A stretch of 64,000 nt of DNA from an uncultured Nannocystaceae bacterium (GCA_964402225.1 CAYOBQ010000008.1:4293-68292); one strand, 5' to 3'. Shown: positions 47,274 through 58,468, counted from the first letter of the stretch. Numbers and translations are program-made. Notes: generated by a model not told the origin, from the letters alone.

Positions 47274-48233
47274 ATGCTCGAGCGAATCCTCATCCCGGCG
47301 TTTCTGATGCTCGCCGTCGGCTGTTCCAACGTCGACCGCGGTGACGCGACCGGCTCCAAGTCCTCGTTCATCGTCGGCGGCCAGCCGGAGGCCGGCTACG
47401 CGGCCGTGGGCGCCCTCGTCGTCGACGGCGAGGCCTTCTGCACCGGGACGCTGGTGGAGCCGCGGGTCGTCGTCACCGCGGCTCATTGCCTCGACGACAT
47501 GCGCGCCCCGCAGATCAGCTTCTTCATCGGCGCCGACGCCACCCGCCTCGGGAGCGGCACGGTGCTGCGCGCCAGCCGCGTCGCCCAGCACCCACGGTGG
47601 GGCGGCGGTGACGATGATCCCGACATCGGCGTGGTGGTCCTCGCCGAGGCAGCGCGGGTGGAGCCCATCGCCCTCAACACCGCCCCGCTCGGGGACGGCG
47701 TCGTCGGCCGCAGCCCCCTCTTCATCGGCTACGGCATCACGCGCGGGAACCGAGACGACGCGGGGATCAAGCGGTCGGTGCGAATCCGCGTGTCGGAGGT
47801 CATGGCCGGCGAGTTCGCCTACAGCCAGCCGGGCGTGAACACCTGCAACGGTGACTCGGGCGGCCCCGCGCTGCTGGAGTTCGGTGGGACAACGAAGCTC
47901 GTCGGCGTCACCTCCTACGGCGACGAGGACTGCGCCGAGTACGGGGTCGATGCCCGCGTTGACGTGCACGCCGACTTCATCCGCCGAGCCGCCGCCGGCG
48001 CCGGGGAAGCCGCCCCCGAGCGCGCCGAGCCGGAGCCGTCGCCGGAGGCGGGTGAGAATGAGGATGAGGAGCCTGAGCAGGAGGAGCACGGCGGAGAGGC
48101 GTGCGACGAGGGCGACTGGGAGGAGGACGGCGACTGGGAGGAGGACGACGGCGACCTCTGCGAGGAGGAGGGCTGGTACGACGATGGCGTCTGCGACGAA
48201 GAGTGCCCCGAGCCCGATCCCGACTGCGAATAG
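47274..48233 (+). CDS. Trypsin-like (S1 family) serine protease lipoprotein with acidic Asp/Glu/Cys-rich C-terminal tail
   Basis: MLERILIPAFLMLAVGCS lipobox. IVGG. TAAHC (His). DIGVVVL (Asp). GDSGGP (Ser). Tail EPEQEEHGGEACDEGDWEEDGDWEEDDGDLCEEEGWYDDGVCDEECPEPDPDCE. Confidence 0.85.
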   Translation: MLERILIPAFLMLAVGCSNVDRGDATGSKSSFIVGGQPEAGYAAVGALVVDGEAFCTGTLVEPRVVVTAAHCLDDMRAPQISFFIGADATRLGSGTVLRASRVAQHPRWGGGDDDPDIGVVVLAEAARVEPIALNTAPLGDGVVGRSPLFIGYGITRGNRDDAGIKRSVRIRVSEVMAGEFAYSQPGVNTCNGDSGGPALLEFGGTTKLVGVTSYGDEDCAEYGVDARVDVHADFIRRAAAGAGEAAPERAEPEPSPEAGENEDEEPEQEEHGGEACDEGDWEEDGDWEEDDGDLCEEEGWYDDGVCDEECPEPDPDCE

Positions 48234-48410
48234 GGCGCTCTACTCGGCTTGCTCGTCGAGGACGTAGCCGAGCACGATGCGCACCACCTCCTTCACCTGG
48301 GAGTCGGCGCCCACCACCCGCAGCCGAGCGTCGACCCCCATCGCGCCCAGCACCCGAATCGGCTCGGCCAACTCTGCGCCGCCCCCGCCGGGGTCTTCTT
48401 CCGAAATACG

Positions 48411-48988
48411 TCACCCCGACGACCGCGAATCCCCCCCGCGAGCTCCTTTTTGGGCCTCGCGCAGCTCGACATCGAAGCGACCGTCCTGGCCAACCTGGAA
48501 CGACACCGCGACCACCGTCCCCGGCCAGATGGCACCGCTCGAGGTGATGCGAGCAGGCCGACGAGCGCCGGCCTCGAAGGCGGCCTCCGCCTCCGTCAAG
48601 ACCGATCCCGAGCGCAGCCAGAACCGGCCTCCCATGAGCGTGGAGATGCGTCGGGTCATGTACAGCCCGAGCCCGGCGTTCCGACGTCGGTCACGCGACC
48701 CGCTGACGAGCGGCTCGAGGGCCATCCGAAGCGCGTCCTCCGGCTCCGTCTGCCCTTTCCATCGCTGACTCAGGTGCCCCGAGACCGTCATCCCGAGATC
48801 CACCACGGCCAGCGTGGCGCGTCCACCGGGGAACCGACCCACCGCAACGAACGCCCCCTCCAGACTTCCCGAGTGCTCGAGGACGTTTCGCAGCAACTCG
48901 GAGAGGAAGTAGGCCACGGCTCTCTGGCCGCGGCGATCATCGCCTGCGCAACCGGGCCGACGTACTCCGGCGGCCCCTCGGAGAGCAC
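48411..48988 (-). pseudogene. GHKL/HATPase_c anti-sigma-factor-type Ser kinase (RsbW-like), apparently frameshifted near 48925
   Basis: The frame of ORF 48411..49094 carries AVAYFLSELLRNVLEHSGSLEGAFVAV...LAVVDLGMT...NAGLGLYMTRRISTLMGGRFWL (N-box through G-boxes). The N-terminal PEYVG.VAQAMIAAAR segment (RsbW-like) lies in the -1 frame (ORF 48788..48988, GTG start). A 1-nt indel in ccgcggcc joins them. Confidence 0.45.
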
Positions 48989-49350
48989 GTGAACGACGGG
49001 GGGGGTGTTCGGACCAATCCGCCGGCTCCCCGAGCCCGGTGCGACACCACCCGAGGCGAAGCGCCGCCGGCAACGTGAGCGATGGGAGCTTCATCGGCGG
49101 ACAGCATAGTTGACTGATGGGCGTCGGGCGCTTGCTCTGAAAGCACCCGGATGGCTTCGGCCATACTGGGGTTGCCTTTGGAAGCTCGGCTCTTGTTCCG
49201 GTTATGGTGTTCCAAGGGCGTTGTTTTTGAATCGAGAACGGGAGGGGGTGGAATCAACTCCTCCCGTTTCCTTTTCTGGAGTCGTCCCTGAGTCGCACCT
49301 TCGACGACCTCCTCTCTCTCGCGCGCAGCCACGTCGGGCCCCGCCCAGTC

Positions 49351-50049
49351 TTGCTGTCCAGCTTGGGCGAGACGCTCGCGGGGATCGAGCCGGGGTTCAC
49401 ATCGACGCGCTACGGTCACCGACGTCTCATCGATCTCCTGCGCTCCGTCCCTGAGTTCGGCCAGCTCCGCCGACGGGAGGACGGCCATCCGGAGTTCACG
49501 TTCCAGCGTGCTCGTGAGTCAGAGACAGACACCGAACACTTGAAGACCCGGAAGCCGATCTGGGACGCGGTGACCGCGTTCCATCCGCCGCTCGGGGGCT
49601 GGAAGCTCGATCTCGCGAGTCTCACGCCCGAGAGGGACGCAGCGCAGATCGCCGCCCAGCCCGAAAGGTATCTCACCCTCCCGGACGCCGGGGTCGAGTT
49701 TCAGCAGGCGGCGCTACGCGCATTCGTGGCCGAGCACGCGCCAGAGCTCGCCCCCTCGATCGACACCCTCCTGACCAACGACGCGTGGTTTTCGGGCATC
49801 CGAGACGCGCTCGGCGGGCACCGGGAGGCTTGGGTCGAGCACCGACGCCGAGCCGTGGTCCGGCGGGTCATCGAATGGGCCGACGCCCACGGAATCCCGC
49901 GCACCGCGGTGATCGAGCCCGCGCCCCGACCCGCTCGGGAGGCAACCAAGGGCCCCCCAACGCGGGCGCTCCTGCACCGACTCATCGACCGGCTCGACGA
50001 CGAGGAGGTCCGCCAGTTCCCCGTCCCGGCTCGAGGGCTGAGGAGCTGA
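49351..50049 (+). CDS. Hypothetical protein (possible OST-HTH/LOTUS-like N-terminal region)
   Basis: TTG-initiated 232-aa ORF. LLSSLGETLAGIEPGFTSTRYGHRRLIDLLRSVPEF resembles an OST-HTH helix pattern. The rest is non-repetitive. The 250-bp low-GC region upstream contains a GGGAGG hairpin. Confidence 0.4.
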   Translation: MLSSLGETLAGIEPGFTSTRYGHRRLIDLLRSVPEFGQLRRREDGHPEFTFQRARESETDTEHLKTRKPIWDAVTAFHPPLGGWKLDLASLTPERDAAQIAAQPERYLTLPDAGVEFQQAALRAFVAEHAPELAPSIDTLLTNDAWFSGIRDALGGHREAWVEHRRRAVVRRVIEWADAHGIPRTAVIEPAPRPAREATKGPPTRALLHRLIDRLDDEEVRQFPVPARGLRS

Positions 50050-50109
50050 TCACCTTCCCCGGGACCGCCGCGTTCTGGCAGTCTGCCGCAAGAACCTCGG
50101 GAGGCCACC

Positions 50110-51906
50110 ATGTCCCGCCTACGACCGTCCCTCGACCGCCGCGAATTCATCCGCCTCACGGCCGTGACGGTCGCCGCCGGCACCATCGGGCCGACCTTCG
50201 CCGGCTGCGACGACGGCGGTGACGCGGAGACCCTGGACGGGATCGGGCCGACGTCGGCGCCGGGCGACATCGCGCGTCTGTTCCCGCAGGGGCTGGCGTC
50301 CGGCGATCCGAAGCCCACCAGCGTGGTGCTCTGGACCCGCGTCGAGCTGACGGGGGAGGCCCCCGTGGACTACGAGATCGCCACCGACCAGGACTTCGAG
50401 GACCCGGTCGTGGTGGGCAGCCTGACGGCGAAGGAGGACAGCGACCACACGGTCCGCGTCAAGGCCACGGAGCTCGAGCCGGGGACCACCTACTTCTATC
50501 GCTTCCGGGCCGACGGTGTGACCACCGACTGGGGTCGCACGCGCACCGCGCCCGCCGCAGACGACGACGCGGCGATCACCTTCGCCTTCGCGAGCTGCCA
50601 GGACTTCAACGGGCGCTACTACCACGCCTGGCGGGTGCTGGCGGAGCGCGACGACGTCGACTTCGTGGTCTTCCTCGGCGACTACATCTACGAGACGGGG
50701 AACGACCCCCGCTTCCAGGAGGGGACCGCCGAGCGCCGCGCGCAGATCCTCGACGGCATCGTCCTCGACGAGGAGAGCGGCTCGAAGGCGGCGCTGACGC
50801 TGGCCGACTACCGCGGGCTCTACAAGACCTACGGATCGGACGCGAACCTCCAAGAGGCGCGCCGGCGCTTCCCCTTCGTGCAGATCTGGGACGACCACGA
50901 GTTCGCCGACGACTGCTGGCAGGACCACGCGACCCATTTCAACGGCGCCCAGGCAGACGACGGCGACGAGCAGGACACCGCGCGGCGGACCGCCGCGAAC
51001 CGCGCGTTCTTCGAGTTCGTGCCCATCGACGTGGCCCACGACTCGGCCCAGAGCTACCCCGACGACATCCGCATCTACCGGCGGCTCCGCTTCGGCAAGC
51101 ACGTCGAGCTCTTCATGACCGACCAACGCTCCTACCGCGACGACCACCTGATTCCCGAGGGGCCGCCCAACGAGACCGTGGGGAAGGTGATCCCGAACTC
51201 GGCGCTGGGTGCGCGGCAGCTCTTGATCAAGACCGGCTTCGACGCGCTGGAGGCGGACGCGAAGCCGTCGCTGCTCGGGGCCGAGCAGAAGGCGTGGTTC
51301 ATCAACGCCGTCAACGACTCCAACGCGACGTGGAAGTTCTGGGGCAACGAGGTCATGCAAGGGCAGCTCGCCCTCGATCTCAGCGAGGTCGAGGAGCTAC
51401 CGGAGAGCTTCCGCGGCGACTTCTACCTCACGGTTGACCAGTGGGACGGCTTCCGCAGCGAGCGGGCGGAGGTCCTGGGGGCCGTGTCGGGGGCGGAGAA
51501 CCTCGTCGTGCTCACCGGTGACCTGCACGCCAACTACGCAAACGAGCTCCACCTCGACTTCGACGCGCCCGCCGATCCCGTGGCCGTCGAGTTCGTCACG
51601 GCGGGGATCAGCTCCCGCTCGTTCCAGGAGATCATCGAGCGCATCGTGGAGGGCAACGACCTGCTTCAGGCCCTCGGCCTGGGGCCCCTCGTCGCGAGGC
51701 TCGACGAGCTGACCGCTGCCCGCAACCCGCACGTGAAGTACACCAAGAACAGGGCGTACGGCGTGGGCTGGATCCAGGTCTCGGCCGACGCGCTCGACGT
51801 GCGCTTCCTTGAGGTCGACGACGTCACATCCGACGCGTTCATGGGCTCCTCGGGCGAGGTCAAGTTCACGGTCGCCAGCGGCTCAAACCGCATCGAACCT
51901 GCCTGA
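50110..51906 (+). CDS. phoD: Alkaline phosphatase D (PhoD) family phosphodiesterase/phosphatase, Tat-exported
   Basis: MSRLRPSLDRREFIRLTAVTVAAG twin-arginine signal. FAFASCQDF, LGDYIYE, WDDHEF, LTGDLHANYA metallophosphatase motifs characteristic of PhoD. The antisense ORF 50119..51360 was rejected. Confidence 0.9.
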   Translation: MSRLRPSLDRREFIRLTAVTVAAGTIGPTFAGCDDGGDAETLDGIGPTSAPGDIARLFPQGLASGDPKPTSVVLWTRVELTGEAPVDYEIATDQDFEDPVVVGSLTAKEDSDHTVRVKATELEPGTTYFYRFRADGVTTDWGRTRTAPAADDDAAITFAFASCQDFNGRYYHAWRVLAERDDVDFVVFLGDYIYETGNDPRFQEGTAERRAQILDGIVLDEESGSKAALTLADYRGLYKTYGSDANLQEARRRFPFVQIWDDHEFADDCWQDHATHFNGAQADDGDEQDTARRTAANRAFFEFVPIDVAHDSAQSYPDDIRIYRRLRFGKHVELFMTDQRSYRDDHLIPEGPPNETVGKVIPNSALGARQLLIKTGFDALEADAKPSLLGAEQKAWFINAVNDSNATWKFWGNEVMQGQLALDLSEVEELPESFRGDFYLTVDQWDGFRSERAEVLGAVSGAENLVVLTGDLHANYANELHLDFDAPADPVAVEFVTAGISSRSFQEIIERIVEGNDLLQALGLGPLVARLDELTAARNPHVKYTKNRAYGVGWIQVSADALDVRFLEVDDVTSDAFMGSSGEVKFTVASGSNRIEPA

Positions 51907-52020
51907 TCCGCGTTTTTCCTTGCGGCGCGGGGCACCGAATGTGGCAGATTGCGCCCCGAATACGCGACGGAGGGGCGGTGTCCTTCCTAGACGTGTTCGA
52001 CACGTTTGGAGGTTCCCCAC

Positions 52021-52665
52021 ATGCGTTACATCATCCTCGCTGCCCTCGCGCTCGTGTTCACGGCGTGCGACAAGCCCGCCGCCGACGGCGCCAAGAAGCC
52101 CGCCGCCGCGACCGGCGACAAGGCGAAGGCCGCCACCGCCGCCAAGAAGCCCGAGGCCAAGAAGCCCGCGGCCAAGAAGGACGCCACCGCCGCGATGGTG
52201 GGCGTCTGGCGCATCGACGTCGACGAGACCATGAAGGGCGACGCCGACTTCCAAAAGGCCCCGCCGGAGCAGCGCAAGGCGATGGAGGGGATGGCCAAGG
52301 CGATCCTCGGCACCGCTTCCTTCGAGTTCACGAAGGACAACAAGGTCAACATCAAGATGGGCCCGAAGACCGAGTCCGGTAGCTGGAAGCTGGTGAAGGA
52401 GGAGGGCGGCAAGCTCACCATCGAGACCATCACCAAGAAGGGCGACAAGGAAGACAAGGACACCATCACCGTCTCCGTGAACGGCGACAAGATGGCCGGC
52501 ACGGGCAAGGACGGGAAGACCATCCACTTCCTGCGCGGGGCCCCCAAGGCCCCCGCCGTCGATCCCGCCGCCGCCGCCGCCGCCGCTCTCGGTGCCGCCG
52601 CCGCTCAGGCCGGCGCCAAGGCCGCCCCCGCCGCCGCCCCCGCCCCTGCCCCCGCCGCCAAGTAG
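52021..52665 (+). CDS. Lys/Ala-rich lipoprotein (hypothetical) with Ala/Pro-rich C-terminus
   Basis: GGAGG lies 8 nt before the ATG. MRYIILAALALVFTAC lipobox. AKKPAAATGDKAKAATAAKKPEAKKPAAKKDA. Lys-rich ordered core (KLTIETITKKGDKEDKDTITVSVNGDKMAG). Noticeably lower local GC. Confidence 0.6.
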   Translation: MRYIILAALALVFTACDKPAADGAKKPAAATGDKAKAATAAKKPEAKKPAAKKDATAAMVGVWRIDVDETMKGDADFQKAPPEQRKAMEGMAKAILGTASFEFTKDNKVNIKMGPKTESGSWKLVKEEGGKLTIETITKKGDKEDKDTITVSVNGDKMAGTGKDGKTIHFLRGAPKAPAVDPAAAAAAALGAAAAQAGAKAAPAAAPAPAPAAK

Positions 52666-52810
52666 CGCGAGCCCGCGCCACGCGCGCGTTCTGCGCTCCT
52701 CTGCCTGCTCGCCATCACGGGCGAGCGGGCCCCTCACCAACAGCGTATCCGAGGGACGTACGCGGGCAACGAACCCGTCGTGCGCGCCAGGGCCCGTCCA
52801 TGAATAGATA

Positions 52811-52835
52811 GGTAGGCTCGCGCCGCGAGCCTACC
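52811..52835. repeat. Near-perfect 12-bp inverted repeat (ggtaggctcgcg c cgcgagcctacc) in the convergent intergenic region
   Basis: Palindrome between the ends of 52021..52665 (+) and 52980.. (-). Candidate bidirectional terminator or protein-binding site. Confidence 0.35.
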
Positions 52836-52979
52836 TTGGCGGTGCCTGTCTTCCATTCTCGAAAAGGGGGCTCAACCGCAGGCGTACGGGAGGTGCGTCG
52901 AGGATTGGGCGACCGAGCCGCGAACGAATCTGACCCACGCTCGCGGCGCGAGTCGCCCTATTGATTGTTCGACAGGCCC

Positions 52980-54893
52980 CTACCTGCGGCGGACGAGGTC
53001 GGCGAGGATCTGGAGGGCCTCCTTGGCCCGGGGCGTGAGCTTCTCTTCGTCGTCCTTCTTGTCGTCCTCGTCTGCGTCCTTCTTGCTCTTGTCGTCGAGG
53101 ATCTCCGCGATGCGCGCCACGCCGTCGCGGGCCATCGCCTTCTTGCGCTTCTCGAGGATCTCGACGAACTCCTTGCTGGCAGCGACGCGCTTCGCGGACG
53201 CGCTGGCGAGGCGGCCGACGGTGGCCTTCGTCACCGGCTTCCAGCCCGTGTCGCCGTTGACCGAGTCGCTGCGGAACTCGGGGATGGCCCGGGACGGGAG
53301 GGCGTAGGTCTGGTGCTTCTCCCCGAACTCGTCGTGGTTGTAGGGGGAAGGCAGGACGATGTCGGAGGCGACGCCGCGGCTCTGCGTCGAGTCGCCGCCG
53401 GGGCGGAAGAAGAGGGCGGTGGTGACCTTGAGGGCGCCGAGGCCCGGGGGCAGGTTGTGCACGACCTGGACGGTGCCCTTGCCGAAGGTGTGGTCGTCAC
53501 CGACGACCACCGCGCGAGTGTAGTCCTTCAGCGCGCCGGTGACGATCTCCGAGGCCGACGCGCTCGCCCGTGAGGTGAGCACGACCATCGGGCCGGCGAA
53601 GAGGACGGAGGGGTCGTCGTCCTCCATCTTCTGGGTTGGGCTGGTAGGGCCGTCGACGCCGACCACGTTGCCCGTGCGGATGAAGTAGCCGCTGATCTCC
53701 ACCGCCGCCTGGAGAAGGCCGCCGGAGTTGCGGGAGAGGTCGAGCAACAGGCCGTCGGCTCCACCGACCTTGACCTCGCTGAGCAACCGGCGGACGTCCA
53801 TGGTGCACTGGCGCGCGCCGGCACCGCGGCCACCGTAGAAGGAGGGCAGGTCGAGGATCGCGAGACGCAGCTTCTTGCCGCCCCGCTCCACGTCCTCCCA
53901 GCGCAGCTTGGCGGCCCGCTTGGCGAGGTTGATCTTGTCCCGCACGATCACGATGTTCAACGTCTGGGTCTTGGCGCCCTGGCGCAGCACCGTGAGCTTG
54001 ACCTCGGTCCCCTTCTTCCCACGGATGCGGCGCACGACGTCCCGAAGCGCCATGTCGACCACGTCCACCGCGTCCCCGTCGCGGCCCTGGGCCACGGCGA
54101 TGATCTTGTCCTTGGTCTTGAGCTCGCCCTGCTTGTCGGCGGCGCCGCCGGTGACGATCTCGTTGATGGTCGTGTACCCGTCACGGCTCTGCAGGACCGC
54201 CCCGATGCCCTCGAGGGAGAGGCTCATCGCGATGCGGAAGTCCTCCAGAGCGTCGGCGCTGAAGTAGCTCGAGTGCGGGTCGAGCGCCGAGGCCATCGCG
54301 TCGAGGAAGACGCTGAGCTGGTCGGCGCGATCCATCTCGCCGACGCGCTTGGTGACCAACTCGTACCGGTGGATGAGCTTGGCGCGGGCGTCGGCGAGCT
54401 TCTCGCCGGCGGCGACGTAGTTGGCGAGCTGGAAGTGGATGAGCTTTCGCCGCAGCTCGTTTCGCTCCGCCAGCGTCTTGGGTCGCGGACGCTTGTCGGA
54501 GTCGACCTCGAGCTCGATCGTGCGATCGATCCGCAGCGCTCCGTCCGCCATGGCCTTGCGCACGTAGGCCTCCATCTCGGCGTGCCACTTCACGCGCTCT
54601 TGATGGATGGCGTACAACCCGTCGCAGCGTTTGTGCACCGCGTCTGTGACCGCCTCGATGCGCTTGGCCAGCGCGTCGGCCTCGGACTCGAGCAGCAGCG
54701 AGCGCGACGGATCGAGCCGGCTCAGATAGCGATCGACGACGCGCTTCGTGAGGGCCGCGTCGAGCTTGCGCATCGAGACGTGGCTATCGAGGTAGCGATC
54801 GACGAGGTTCGGGAGGTTCTGACAGCTCAGGACCGTCGCCTGCGCCGGGGCGGCGAAGGCGAGGGTGAGCGCGAGGATGAGCTTCTGGATCAT
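52980..54893 (-). CDS. S41-family carboxyl-terminal processing (tail-specific) protease with PDZ domain
   Basis: MIQKLILALTLAFAAPAQA signal (start inside ORF 52980..54926). PDZ region GIGAVLQ...YTTINEIVTGGAADKQG. Catalytic VVLTSRASASASEIV (Ser) and GKGTVQ (Lys region). Confidence 0.85.
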   Translation of the reverse strand: MIQKLILALTLAFAAPAQATVLSCQNLPNLVDRYLDSHVSMRKLDAALTKRVVDRYLSRLDPSRSLLLESEADALAKRIEAVTDAVHKRCDGLYAIHQERVKWHAEMEAYVRKAMADGALRIDRTIELEVDSDKRPRPKTLAERNELRRKLIHFQLANYVAAGEKLADARAKLIHRYELVTKRVGEMDRADQLSVFLDAMASALDPHSSYFSADALEDFRIAMSLSLEGIGAVLQSRDGYTTINEIVTGGAADKQGELKTKDKIIAVAQGRDGDAVDVVDMALRDVVRRIRGKKGTEVKLTVLRQGAKTQTLNIVIVRDKINLAKRAAKLRWEDVERGGKKLRLAILDLPSFYGGRGAGARQCTMDVRRLLSEVKVGGADGLLLDLSRNSGGLLQAAVEISGYFIRTGNVVGVDGPTSPTQKMEDDDPSVLFAGPMVVLTSRASASASEIVTGALKDYTRAVVVGDDHTFGKGTVQVVHNLPPGLGALKVTTALFFRPGGDSTQSRGVASDIVLPSPYNHDEFGEKHQTYALPSRAIPEFRSDSVNGDTGWKPVTKATVGRLASASAKRVAASKEFVEILEKRKKAMARDGVARIAEILDDKSKKDADEDDKKDDEEKLTPRAKEALQILADLVRRR

Positions 54894-54924
54894 GGGGGCA
54901 CACATACCATGTAGAATCGACGAC

Positions 54925-56559
54925 ATGGCTACTCACGTCGTCTTCAATGACGTCCCGACGCGAGTCGGGCACAACCTGTTCACCTGCGACGGCGCCTTGC
55001 GCGACGCGGTCGAGCGGGAAGGCGGCGCCTGGGTGCGGCCTGACCTCGAGCGCTTCGGCGCCGAGCTGGGCACCGAGACCTGGCAGCGCCACGGGCGCGA
55101 CGCCAACGCCTGGCCGCCGCGTCCCCTGCTGTTCGACAGCGGCGGCAACCGCGTCGACCAGGTCGAGTTCCACCCCGCCTGGCACGCCCTCATGGCGTGC
55201 TCGATGCGCGAGGGTCTGCACAACCTGCCCTGGGTAGATGATCGACCGGGCGCGTTCGTTGCGCGGGCCGCCAAGGGTTATTTGATGGGCCAGGTCGAGC
55301 AGGGCCACGGCTGCCCGATCACGATGACCTTCGCGGCGGTCCCCGCGCTTCGTCACAGCCCGGACGCAGCCGATCTCTGGCTGCCGCGTATCACCTCCGG
55401 CCGCTACGACCCGCGTGACATCCCAGCCGACTCGAAGTCCGGCTGCACCATCGGGATGGCGATGACCGAGAAGCAGGGGGGCTCGGACGTGCGCAGCAAC
55501 ACCACCCGCGCGACGACCACCGCCGACGGCGCCTTCGAGCTCACCGGGCACAAGTGGTTCTGCTCAGCGCCCATGTGCGACGCATTCCTGACGTTGGCCC
55601 ACACCGACGCCGGCCTCTCCTGCTTCCTGGTGCCCCGCTGGCGACCCGACGGCACGCGCAACGCCCTTCACGTACAACGCCTCAAGAACAAGATCGGCAA
55701 CCGATCGAACGCGTCTAGCGAGATCGAGTACGACGGCGCGTGGGCCACCCTCGTGGGCGAAGAGGGGCGCGGCGTTCGCACGATCATCGACATGGTCTCG
55801 CACACGCGCCTCGACTGCGTCGGTGGCAGCGCCGCGACGATGCGGGCCGCGCTGGTCGCCGCCATCCACAACGCCCACCACCGCGAGGCCTTCGGACGCA
55901 AGCTCATCGACCAGCCCCTGATGCGCAACGTGCTCGCCGATCTCGCCCTGGAGAGCGAAGCCGCGATCGCCCTCTCGCTGCGACTCGCCCGAGCCTACGA
56001 CGAGGCGCGCCATGGTGACGCTGGCTCCGCAGCGCTCGCGCGCATCGCCACCGCCGCCGGGAAGTACCTGGTCTGCAAGCGCACGCCAGCGATGGTGTAC
56101 GAGGCGATGGAGTGCCTCGGCGGCAACGGGTACGTGGAGGAGGGCGACATGGCGCGCTTCTACCGCGAGGCCCCGCTGAACTCGATCTGGGAAGGCTCCG
56201 GCAACGTGATCTGCCTGGACGTCCTGCGCGCGATGCGCCGGGAGCCCGAGGCCGTCGAAGCGCTCCACGCGGAGTTGGGCGGCGCGCTGGGATGCGACCC
56301 TCGCTACGACGCCTACGTCGAGGCCCTCGGCGCCGAGCTGGCCGACACGGAGGGTCTCGAGCTGCGCGCGCGGCGCGTCGTCGAGCGCATCGGCGTCGCT
56401 TTGCAAGCCTCGGTGCTCCTGCGCCACGCGCCCACGGCCGTGGCCGACGCCTTCGCCGGGACCCGCCTCGTCGATAGCGCGTGGCGCAACTTCGGCACGC
56501 TCCCCGCCGGGGTCGAGCTGCTCCCGATCATCGAGCGAGCGCTGCCAGGCGCGGCGTGA
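54925..56559 (+). CDS. aidB: AidB-type acyl-CoA dehydrogenase family protein
   Basis: MATHVVFNDVP...FHPAWHALM...AFVARAA...GCPITMTFAAVPAL...IGMAMTEKQGGSDVRSNTTRA...GHKWFCSAP...GLSCFLVPRW...IGNRSNASSEIEYD...NSIWEGSGNVICLDVLR is collinear with E. coli AidB, as far as I recall its sequence. Start is 31 bp from the divergent ctp-like start. Confidence 0.9.
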   Translation: MATHVVFNDVPTRVGHNLFTCDGALRDAVEREGGAWVRPDLERFGAELGTETWQRHGRDANAWPPRPLLFDSGGNRVDQVEFHPAWHALMACSMREGLHNLPWVDDRPGAFVARAAKGYLMGQVEQGHGCPITMTFAAVPALRHSPDAADLWLPRITSGRYDPRDIPADSKSGCTIGMAMTEKQGGSDVRSNTTRATTTADGAFELTGHKWFCSAPMCDAFLTLAHTDAGLSCFLVPRWRPDGTRNALHVQRLKNKIGNRSNASSEIEYDGAWATLVGEEGRGVRTIIDMVSHTRLDCVGGSAATMRAALVAAIHNAHHREAFGRKLIDQPLMRNVLADLALESEAAIALSLRLARAYDEARHGDAGSAALARIATAAGKYLVCKRTPAMVYEAMECLGGNGYVEEGDMARFYREAPLNSIWEGSGNVICLDVLRAMRREPEAVEALHAELGGALGCDPRYDAYVEALGAELADTEGLELRARRVVERIGVALQASVLLRHAPTAVADAFAGTRLVDSAWRNFGTLPAGVELLPIIERALPGAA

Positions 56560-56999
56560 TCGACGTCTGTCCCTGCGGCGGCGGCGTCTACGCCGAGTGC
56601 TGCGGTCGCTACCTCGAGTCCGACGCCCGTGCCCCAACCGCGGGCGCGCTGATGCGCTCCCGCTACACCGCCTACGCGCTGGGCAAGTTCGCCTATCTCT
56701 ACGCGACCGGCCCCGAGCACACCCCCGCGCCGGGTCCCCAGCCGCGTTGGTTGGGCCTCGAGGTCCGCGGCGTGCGCCGCGGCGGGGTGCTGGACCGCGA
56801 AGGCACGGTGGAGTTCGTCGCCACCTACGAGTTGGGGGGCCACGGGGAGCGGATGCACGAGGTCTCGCGCTTCGAGCGCGACGCCGACGGACGCTGGATC
56901 TACGTCGGAGGGGAGGCACGCCCCGCGAAGCCCGTCGGGCGCAACGAGGTCTGCCCCTGCGGATCCCGGCGGAAGTTCAAGCGCTGCTGCGGACGGTGA
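56556..56999 (+). CDS. YchJ/UPF0225 family protein (SEC-C zinc-binding motifs at both ends)
   Basis: GTG overlaps the aidB stop (GTGA). (M)IDVCPCGGGVYAECCGRYL...ALMRSRYTAYAL...C-terminal NEVCPCGSRRKFKRCCG. Confidence 0.8.
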   Translation: MIDVCPCGGGVYAECCGRYLESDARAPTAGALMRSRYTAYALGKFAYLYATGPEHTPAPGPQPRWLGLEVRGVRRGGVLDREGTVEFVATYELGGHGERMHEVSRFERDADGRWIYVGGEARPAKPVGRNEVCPCGSRRKFKRCCGR

Positions 57000-57012
57000 T
57001 ACCGTCCTCGCC

Positions 57013-58458
<1,446 letters not shown>

Positions 58459-58468
58459 CGACACCTCT

